Part shown: positions 9,020-16,348 of the stretch, in pieces
Numbering within the stretch: the first letter of the stretch is position 1
How the letters are laid out: each line of letters starts with the position of its first letter
The notes under the pieces: model-generated
The model's database searches: none
Told to the model about the DNA's origin: nothing
The model's input: the letters and a program-made list of their open reading frames with translations, nothing else
Translations under genes and position numbers: made by a program
DNA from: Candidatus Woesearchaeota archaeon
GTDB taxonomy: Archaea; Nanobdellota; Nanobdellia; Woesearchaeales; SM23-78
Assembly (NCBI GenBank): GCA_965603625.1
Contig: CBFDDS010000001.1
Span: 1 to 29,423, forward strand
DNA: 29,423 nucleotides
Direction: 5' to 3'

Positions 9020-9588
9020 ACTTGAACCTCGTTATAAGCTCTTTCAAAAGCCTTAACATTTTTTTCAGCAAGATCTTTTCCTATATGATACTCGAAATGT
9101 TTGAACATGTGTGATTTAAGGGTTTCAAAGTCAACAATATTAGTTAGTTTTTCAACTGCTCCAAGCATTGCGGTGTTGGTAACAGCTCTTCCAAGTTCTT
9201 CAAGAGCAATTTTTACTGCGTCGATCACAAATATTTTTCCATTAAAGTTAACCGTGGCTTTTACTTCATCAATTGTTTGATTAGTATTAATTATTAAGAG
9301 TCCGTCTTGTTCATTTAGGCCTTCTGTCACAGGAATGCTTTTTAGAAGAGTCTGGTCAACAACAACCACAACATTAGGGTTGGTAACCCCTGAATGAAGA
9401 TATATAGGCTTATCACTAATCCTTGTGTAAGCCTTGACAGGAGCCCCTTGTCTCTCAGCACCATACTCAGGAAAGCTCTGCACATACTTGCCCTGCTCAA
9501 TAGCAGCCTCTGCCAACAGTGCAGCAGCAGTCTTGGCTCCCTGGCCTCCTCTGCCATGAAACCTTATCTCGAAGATATCACTGGACAT
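9016..9588 (-). CDS. porG: Pyruvate:ferredoxin oxidoreductase gamma subunit
   Basis: EIRFHGRGGQGAKT, FPEYGAERQGAPV, NTAMLGA. Confidence 0.95.
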   Translation of the reverse strand: MSSDIFEIRFHGRGGQGAKTAAALLAEAAIEQGKYVQSFPEYGAERQGAPVKAYTRISDKPIYLHSGVTNPNVVVVVDQTLLKSIPVTEGLNEQDGLLIINTNQTIDEVKATVNFNGKIFVIDAVKIALEELGRAVTNTAMLGAVEKLTNIVDFETLKSHMFKHFEYHIGKDLAEKNVKAFERAYNEVQV

Positions 9589-9774
9589 TTAGATTAAACC
9601 TCACGCACTCTCTTTTTATGTATATTAATTAATAAAAGCTAAGTAAACAGCTGTTTAAATGTTTTTTGGAAGATAGTTCTGGGTTTTCTAGCAAAAGATT
9701 TATATATCTTGTATTCATATTTAGGTTTTAGGTAGGTTAGCAGTAAAAAGCAGCAAAAAAGAGGTGAAGTTGAT
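9589..9774. promoter_or_regulatory. Divergent por / ppsA promoter region with two TATA boxes and a 14-bp palindrome
   Basis: Minus-strand TTTATTAA near 9630-9637; plus-strand AAAAGA-TTTATATA at 9693-9706; perfect palindrome TAAACAGCTGTTTA at 9644-9657; SD GAGGTGA at 9761-9767. Confidence 0.6.
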
Positions 9775-12195
9775 TTGGACAAGGGGAAGGCTTTTATTCT
9801 TTGGTTTGACCAGATCGGCATAGAGGACACTCCCCTTGTGGGAGGCAAGAATTCTAGTCTTGGAGAGATGTATACCCAGCTCACCAACAAAGGAGTCAAT
9901 ATTCCTAATGGCTTTGCAATAACAGCAAAGGCTTATTTCTATCTTCTGGAAAAAGAGGGTATCAAGGAGGAGATTAGAGACTTATTAACAGGACTTAACA
10001 CAAGGAACATACGCGATTTACAGGAGCGGGGGCGTAAGATTAGAGAGCTTATAAGAAAGGCAGAGGTACCTAAAGACCTGAAAAGAGAGATATTTGAGAA
10101 TTATAAGGGCCTGTGCGGAGCTTACAACCCTGAGAAGAGCGATACTGATGTGGCTGTTAGGAGCAGTGCAACAGCAGAGGATTTACCAGACGCCAGTTTT
10201 GCAGGCCAGCAAGAGACTTATCTTAATGTTAAGGGAGAAGAACAGTTATTAGAAGCCTGTAAAAAGTGCTTTGCAAGCCTCTTTACCAACAGAGCCATAA
10301 GTTATCGGGAGGATAAGGGCTTTGACCACTTCAAGATTGGCCTTAGCATTGGTGTGCAGAAGATGGTGCGTTCTGACAAGGCCTGCTCAGGGGTTATGTT
10401 CAGTATTGATACAGAATCTGGTTTCAGGGATGTTGTTCTTATTAACGGATCTTATGGTTTAGGAGAAAATGTTGTACAGGGGGTTGTTAATCCTGATGAA
10501 TTCATTGTTTTCAAAACCACTCTTAAGCAGGGCTACAAACCCATCATTGGTAAGAAGCTTGGTTCAAAAGAGATAAAGATGGTTTATGATACCCATGGCA
10601 ACAAAAGCACAAAAAATATTACTGTACAGGCTGAGGATAGGAGAAAGTTTGTGCTTAGTGATGATGAAATCCTTACCCTGGCTAACTGGGCGTCTGTTGT
10701 GGAGGAGCATTATTCACAAAAAGCAGGATATCATAAGCCCATGGACATAGAATGGGCAAAGGATGGTATAACCAAGCAGATATTCATTGTGCAGGCAAGG
10801 CCTGAAACAGTCCACTCCCTTAAAGACAAGACCAAGCTGATACAGTATGTTCTTAAGGAAAAGGGGAATGTGTTGCTTAAGGGAGAATCTGTTGGCGAGA
10901 GGATAGGGAGTGGAAAGGTAAGAGTTATAGAGGATGTTCATAACATTCACCAGTTCCAGGAGGGAGAGGTTCTTGTGACCGATATGACAGACCCGGATTG
11001 GGAGCCCATAATGAAGATAGCCGGGGCAATAGTAACCAATCGCGGTGGAAGAACCTGTCACGCTGCTATTGTCTCAAGAGAATTGGGCATTCCATGCCTT
11101 GTTGCGACAGAGCATGCAACAAAGCTCCTGCATAACGGTCAGGAAGTAACTGTTGATTGCAGCCAAGGAGCAGAGGGTCTTGTCTATCAAGGAAGACTGA
11201 AGTTTGAGCTCGAAGAACACGACCTTGGAGCTATACCCAAAACAAAGACCAAGATAATGATGAATGTTGCTAATCCAAGCCAGGCGTTTGAGGAGAGCTT
11301 TATACCCAACCAGGGCGTTGGGCTTGCAAGGGAGGAGTTCATCATAAACTCTGAGATAAGGATTCATCCCATGGCGTTGATAAAGTTTAATGAGATTGAG
11401 GATGAAAAACTAAAAGCAAAGATTAACTCTCTAACCAATGGTTATGCTGACAAAGAGGAGTTCTTTATCAACACTCTTGCCAGGGGGGTGGGCATGATTG
11501 CAGCAGCCTTTTATCCCAAGCCTGTGATTGTTAGAACTAGTGATTTTAAGAGCAATGAATACGCCAACCTGATTGGAGGCCACTTGTTTGAGCCGAAAGA
11601 GGATAACCCCATGCTTGGATGGAGGGGAGCATCCAGATATTATAGCGAGGACTATAAAGAGGCCTTTGCTCTTGAATGCCAGGCCCTTCTAAAAGCAAGA
11701 AACGAGTTTGGTCTCACTAACATTAAGGTTATGATTCCCTTCTGCAGAACTGTGGAGGAGGCAAAGAAGGTAATAGAAGTGATGAAAGAGAATGGCATTG
11801 TCCAAGGGGAGAATGGCTTAGAGGTTTATGGTATGTGCGAGATACCAAGCAATATCATACTAGCAGAGGAATTCCTTGACATCTTTGACGGATTCAGCAT
11901 AGGAAGCAATGACCTTACCCAGCTAACTCTTGGGCTTGACAGAGACTCAGAACTTGTACAGGAGATTTATGATGAGAGAAACGAGGCAGTTAAAAAAATA
12001 ATAAGACAGGTGATAGATGTGGCTAAGAAGAAGGGAAAATACATTGGCATATGTGGCCAGGCCCCAAGTGACTTTGAGGACTTTGCAGAGTTCCTTGTAG
12101 AGGCAGGCATAGACAGCATCAGCCTGAATCCTGACACTGTTCTAAAGACAACTCTTATAATAGCTGAAAAAGAGAAGCAGATGGGCATTAATTGA
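9775..12195 (+). CDS. ppsA: Phosphoenolpyruvate synthase (pyruvate,water dikinase)
   Basis: VRSSATAEDLPDASFAGQQET, VQARPET, phospho-His GGRTCHAAIVSRE, RTSDFKSNEY, FSIGSNDLTQL, GICGQAPSD. TTG start 7 nt after GAGGTGA. Confidence 0.96.
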   Translation: MDKGKAFILWFDQIGIEDTPLVGGKNSSLGEMYTQLTNKGVNIPNGFAITAKAYFYLLEKEGIKEEIRDLLTGLNTRNIRDLQERGRKIRELIRKAEVPKDLKREIFENYKGLCGAYNPEKSDTDVAVRSSATAEDLPDASFAGQQETYLNVKGEEQLLEACKKCFASLFTNRAISYREDKGFDHFKIGLSIGVQKMVRSDKACSGVMFSIDTESGFRDVVLINGSYGLGENVVQGVVNPDEFIVFKTTLKQGYKPIIGKKLGSKEIKMVYDTHGNKSTKNITVQAEDRRKFVLSDDEILTLANWASVVEEHYSQKAGYHKPMDIEWAKDGITKQIFIVQARPETVHSLKDKTKLIQYVLKEKGNVLLKGESVGERIGSGKVRVIEDVHNIHQFQEGEVLVTDMTDPDWEPIMKIAGAIVTNRGGRTCHAAIVSRELGIPCLVATEHATKLLHNGQEVTVDCSQGAEGLVYQGRLKFELEEHDLGAIPKTKTKIMMNVANPSQAFEESFIPNQGVGLAREEFIINSEIRIHPMALIKFNEIEDEKLKAKINSLTNGYADKEEFFINTLARGVGMIAAAFYPKPVIVRTSDFKSNEYANLIGGHLFEPKEDNPMLGWRGASRYYSEDYKEAFALECQALLKARNEFGLTNIKVMIPFCRTVEEAKKVIEVMKENGIVQGENGLEVYGMCEIPSNIILAEEFLDIFDGFSIGSNDLTQLTLGLDRDSELVQEIYDERNEAVKKIIRQVIDVAKKKGKYIGICGQAPSDFEDFAEFLVEAGIDSISLNPDTVLKTTLIIAEKEKQMGIN

Positions 12196-12248
12196 GCACC
12201 AAAACACTTTTTCTTATAACTTCAACTCATATTGCACCTTTCTAAACC

Positions 12249-12256
12249 TTTAAATA
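12249..12256 (+). promoter_or_regulatory. TATA box for the membrane-anchored regulator
   Basis: AAACC-TTTAAATA about 26-33 nt upstream of ATG 12282, with no SD. Confidence 0.5.
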
Positions 12257-12281
12257 TGCTATAATCTTCCGTATTAATATC

Positions 12282-13082
12282 ATGCCAGAAGACCCATTTT
12301 TACTCGTATCTCTCGAAGAATCAGAATCAAAAGAGCTGGCAAAGGTTATTAGCAATAAGACCAGCAGGAAGATACTTGACCTCCTTAGCAAGAAGGACGC
12401 TACAGAGACACAGATTGCAAAGGATTTAAAACTGCCTCTATCAACAGTGCATTACAATCTTCAGCATCTCCTCAAAGCTAATCTGGTAAAGGTTGATGAA
12501 TTCCACTATTCTGAAAAAGGCAAAGAGGTTAACCACTACTCTCTGGCCAATAAATTGATTATTATTGCGCCTAAGAAAACTTCAAGAGAGTCCTTTATGC
12601 AGAAACTAAAGGGCTTGCTACCAGTGGGTATAATAGCATTAGCAACAGCAGCTGTTATCAAGGCAATAACCCTTTTCAAGTTTGGTGCTTCAAAGACCCT
12701 GGCAGCAGCCCCTGCAGTCACAAGAGAGGTTTTTAGGACTACAAAAGAAATCGGAGAAGAAGCAGCTGTTGCAGGAGGAGAGGCAGTAGTAGGTGGGGAG
12801 GCAGGTGCAGAAATAGCAAGGCAGGCTGTACCAGAAGCAGCAGATGCCTTTGTGGCTAATGTTTCTAATGTATCCCAGAAGGTTACACAAAACATGACCC
12901 AAAATTTAACTCCAACAACTGAAATAAGTGAACGGGTTGTTGAGACAATCAGAGAAACCGTGTATGTTCCTCAGCCGTCAGAGCCCAGCATTGCTGTATG
13001 GTTCCTGCTAGGAGCAGTCTTTGTGATACTCCTGCTTGTTATTTGGTACTGGTTTGTTACAAGGAAGAAGAAGCATAAATAA
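12282..13082 (+). CDS. Membrane-anchored ArsR-like winged-helix transcription regulator (two predicted TM helices)
   Basis: N-terminal wHTH (LAKVISNKTSRKILDLL...ETQIAKDLKLPLSTVHYNLQHLLKANLV). Hydrophobic segments LLPVGIIALATAAVIKAI and IAVWFLLGAVFVILLLVIWYWFV; basic tail RKKKHK. Confidence 0.8.
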   Translation: MPEDPFLLVSLEESESKELAKVISNKTSRKILDLLSKKDATETQIAKDLKLPLSTVHYNLQHLLKANLVKVDEFHYSEKGKEVNHYSLANKLIIIAPKKTSRESFMQKLKGLLPVGIIALATAAVIKAITLFKFGASKTLAAAPAVTREVFRTTKEIGEEAAVAGGEAVVGGEAGAEIARQAVPEAADAFVANVSNVSQKVTQNMTQNLTPTTEISERVVETIRETVYVPQPSEPSIAVWFLLGAVFVILLLVIWYWFVTRKKKHK

Positions 13083-13096
13083 TTCCCATATTAGGT

Positions 13097-13948
13097 CTAT
13101 GTCCTCAGAGTGGCATAGAAAGTCTCGAATATGGGCCTATTTGTTGTGATGCTTATAAAGTCATGCCCCAGGTGCTCGCAGACTGATTTTATTGCGTGGA
13201 TGTGGTGCTCCATCTTATCTGTGTAGTTCCTTATTAATCTGTTGCTTATGAAGGTTCTTAGCTTTGTATGGAGCTCGCTGTCCTCAAGAACAACATCCCC
13301 ATATAATGAGAGCCTTCTCTCCTCTGGGTCAAGCACCTGCACCACTATGACTTCATGCTTTGTAAATCTTGTGAGAACGGTTTTTATTTCCTCAATATCG
13401 TACAGAAAGTCTGATATTATTACTACAAAACTCTTGGACCTTAAGTATTTTTTGTACTCATCAAAGGATTTCCTGAATTCTGACTTGCCTTTAATCTTGA
13501 GTTTCTCCAATATATCAACAATGCTCAGCAGCTGGTTCATCCCTTTTCTTGCCCTTAGATAATTGAGTTTCTCAGAAAAGGTTGAGAAATTAAACTTTTC
13601 ATTATCCCTTAAGGCCATGTAGGCAAATCCCATGCCTATCATGCTCGCATAGTCAAACTTTTTTATCTTTCTTCCAAAATCCATGCTTGCGCTTGCATCC
13701 ACGATTATGTGCACAATCATGTTTCTCTCTTCTTCAAACTGCTTTACAAAGAACTTGTTGGTGCGCGCATAGACTCTCCAGTCGATTGTTCTGAAGTCGT
13801 CACCTGGAACATAGTCTTTGTAGTCAGCAAAAACCAAGCCCTGCCCCTCTGCATGGCTCTCTCTTTCTCCCTGGTATCTTGAGAGCACTCTCTTCTTTAG
13901 AACAATGTTGAAGCGGTCAAGTTCCTTTAGGAAGGATATATCTATCAT
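13097..13948 (-). CDS. DUF58 (COG1721) vWA-like MoxR partner
   Basis: FADYKDYVPGDDFRTIDWRVYAR, VDASASM (MIDAS DxSxS), VIISDF. Directly downstream of MoxR. Confidence 0.9.
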   Translation of the reverse strand: MIDISFLKELDRFNIVLKKRVLSRYQGERESHAEGQGLVFADYKDYVPGDDFRTIDWRVYARTNKFFVKQFEEERNMIVHIIVDASASMDFGRKIKKFDYASMIGMGFAYMALRDNEKFNFSTFSEKLNYLRARKGMNQLLSIVDILEKLKIKGKSEFRKSFDEYKKYLRSKSFVVIISDFLYDIEEIKTVLTRFTKHEVIVVQVLDPEERRLSLYGDVVLEDSELHTKLRTFISNRLIRNYTDKMEHHIHAIKSVCEHLGHDFISITTNRPIFETFYATLRT

Positions 13949-13973
13949 CTTGCTCTATGTCTACTTATATATG

Positions 13974-14930
13974 TTATTTCATTATCTCCCTTATCACATC
14001 ATCAGGGGTTTTTCCCTCTCTCTCAGCCTTGAAGTTGAGTATAATCCTGTGTCTTAGCACTGGATAAGCCATCTTTTCAATATCCTTGGCACTCACGTAC
14101 TTCCTTCCATTGACAAGGGCTTTTGCCTTTGCAGCCAGGATAAGACCGATGCTTGCTCTTGGGCTTGCCCCATACTCTATAAGGTCTTTCTCAGTCCTTG
14201 TCTTGGTAACAACCTCAAGAGCCCTCTTCTTAATATCATCTGCTATTGGCACCTGCCTTGTAAGGTTTTGCAGCAGTTTCAATGAATCCTTGCTCAGGAG
14301 GGTTCTGATCTTTACAGTCGCTTTTTCCGTGGTGAACCTGTTTATTATTTCCATTTCATCATCAAAGGTGGGGTAATCAACAAGTACCTTTAGCAGGAAT
14401 CTGTCAACCTGTGCCTCTGGTAAGGGGTAGGTTCCTTCCATGTCAATAGGGTTCTGGGTTGCCAGTACAAAGAAGGGCGTGTCTAATTTCATGGTTTGGT
14501 TGCCCACAGTCACCTGCTGCTCCTGCATTGCCTCTAAAAGAGCGGACTGTGTTTTCGGGGTTGCCCTGTTAATCTCGTCTGCAAGGATTACATTCGCAAA
14601 CACAGGCCCTTTCTGGAATCTGAAACTCTTCTTGCCCTTTTCCTCTTCAATAACATAGGTTCCTATGATATCGCTGGGCATTAGGTCAGGAGTGCTCTGG
14701 ATACGGCTGAACTTGAGGTCAAGCACCTCTGCTATGGTCTTTACCAAGGTTGTTTTTCCAAGCCCAGGATAGCTCTCCAGCAGCGCGTTTGCATCGCACA
14801 GGATGGCAATCAGGATTTGTTCAACCACATCCTCCTGCCCTACAATAATCTTGCTTATCTCCTTTGCAACATTACTAAAGGTGTCTTTTAGCTTCTCAAT
14901 ATTACGAACGCTCTCAATGCTTTTTGTCAT
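13974..14930 (-). CDS. moxR: MoxR-family AAA+ ATPase
   Basis: Walker A ESYPGLGKTT, TPDLMPSDI, Walker B LADEINR, ATQNP, YPLPEAQVDRF, YGASPRA. Confidence 0.95.
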   Translation of the reverse strand: MTKSIESVRNIEKLKDTFSNVAKEISKIIVGQEDVVEQILIAILCDANALLESYPGLGKTTLVKTIAEVLDLKFSRIQSTPDLMPSDIIGTYVIEEEKGKKSFRFQKGPVFANVILADEINRATPKTQSALLEAMQEQQVTVGNQTMKLDTPFFVLATQNPIDMEGTYPLPEAQVDRFLLKVLVDYPTFDDEMEIINRFTTEKATVKIRTLLSKDSLKLLQNLTRQVPIADDIKKRALEVVTKTRTEKDLIEYGASPRASIGLILAAKAKALVNGRKYVSAKDIEKMAYPVLRHRIILNFKAEREGKTPDDVIREIMK

Positions 14931-14979
14931 TTTTAATCCTCCAAATCTTTTATTTTATTATTTTTCCTTAAAATTTGTC

Positions 14980-15774
14980 TTAAATATTTTTTATTCTCTG
15001 ACTATAATTTGCTGCCTGTTCTGCTTCTTCAAGAACTTCCTGGTTACTAAAGCTGTCTGGATTCACACCAATCTCCTGTGGAAGCCCTCCTTCTCTCAGG
15101 CTTTCTCTCTCTGTCTCGCTTATCTTGTTGAAGTCTATCTCGCTCATGCTTGGGTTCATGTTGAGATCTATCTCCTCATTGCCCAGCTTCGCAATGCTTG
15201 CATCTCCGTAAATTGCCTCTGTTTCATTGAATACAATGTCTATTAGACTTCCCTCTTCATGAACTCCGTCACCTGTGCTTGGTATCATGAATTTGAGTTT
15301 TTCAAAAGGGATGTCAATCTTTTGTATGTTGATGTTGAGAGAGGACACAAAGATTATGAGGAAGACAACAGCCACGGCGCTTATTATCCTGGTGATTATT
15401 TTTTTTGATTCCAGGAGATTTCCAGTGGAAACAGTTTTCATCTTTTTCTTTAGCTCACTAAACAGGGCGACTGTCATGATGTTTTCTTCGTCCATGTTGT
15501 CATGGGCTGTTCTGAGCATCTCCTTGACCTGAGGATTGGCATCCTCCATTAGTTTCAGCTTTAATCTCTTTATTCTAATAATCGTGCTCACAAAGAAGAA
15601 AACCATTGTTATAAGCGCAGGTATTGATATGATGAAAAGAAACTTGATGTTAAAGAAAGACACAATGATGTATGTGATAAAGAAGACCATGATTGCGTTT
15701 AGAAAGGTGTTGATGAGAACTACTTTTAGCAGTTCAATTTTCACTTCATTAAACAAACCCTTTATTTTTGGCAT
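14980..15774 (-). CDS. Hypothetical membrane protein (about three TM segments, acidic C-terminal region) of the MoxR operon
   Basis: Hydrophobic stretches near aa 17-66 and 127-146, acidic tail, co-oriented within the operon with short gaps. Confidence 0.75.
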   Translation of the reverse strand: MPKIKGLFNEVKIELLKVVLINTFLNAIMVFFITYIIVSFFNIKFLFIISIPALITMVFFFVSTIIRIKRLKLKLMEDANPQVKEMLRTAHDNMDEENIMTVALFSELKKKMKTVSTGNLLESKKIITRIISAVAVVFLIIFVSSLNINIQKIDIPFEKLKFMIPSTGDGVHEEGSLIDIVFNETEAIYGDASIAKLGNEEIDLNMNPSMSEIDFNKISETERESLREGGLPQEIGVNPDSFSNQEVLEEAEQAANYSQRIKNI

Positions 15775-15809
15775 TTTCTATGTTTCCAGGTCATAATATA
15801 AGGATATAG

Positions 15810-16325
15810 TTATATGCAATCGTATTCGTCTCCATCATCCGTGGATAACAGGCACGCAATCTCGTCCTTTCGGTCATCAATCTGGCTGTTCAGGCTGTTG
15901 ATTTGCTTGTTCTTACTCTCTATTGTTTTGTTAAGATTAATCATCCGTGTATAAGCTGCATCTACCTGTTTTTTATAGACCTCTTTTTGCAGAGTGGTCC
16001 TTGTGAGGTCTGCTTTAACATCACCCAGCTCATCTGCTTTCTCCTTGAGCTCCCCTGCTTTTTGCTCGTACAGGAGATCATACTTCCTTATGTCTGTCTC
16101 TGTGCTGTTCAGATTCCTCAGGGTTGTCAGCAAGGAGGTTGTTGTATGGCTTAGATTCTGCTCACAAATTCCCAGGTTGGTGCTTAAGGTGTTGTATTTA
16201 TTATTTACATCCTTAAACGTGTACTGATAGTAAACAGTCGCTCCTCCGAATCCCAACAGGACTAGTAGCAGCATTAGCAATAAGAATAGGTTCACCTTTT
16301 TACCCATGAATCCTGAAGTCGCCAT
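15810..16325 (-). CDS. Single-anchor coiled-coil protein
   Basis: N-terminal TM (LFLLLMLLLVLLGFGGATVYY) followed by a long heptad-like helical region; three Cys; SD GAGGTTGA upstream. Confidence 0.75.
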   Translation of the reverse strand: MATSGFMGKKVNLFLLLMLLLVLLGFGGATVYYQYTFKDVNNKYNTLSTNLGICEQNLSHTTTSLLTTLRNLNSTETDIRKYDLLYEQKAGELKEKADELGDVKADLTRTTLQKEVYKKQVDAAYTRMINLNKTIESKNKQINSLNSQIDDRKDEIACLLSTDDGDEYDCI

Positions 16326-16348
16326 TTTTAATCAACCTCTTGACTTTT

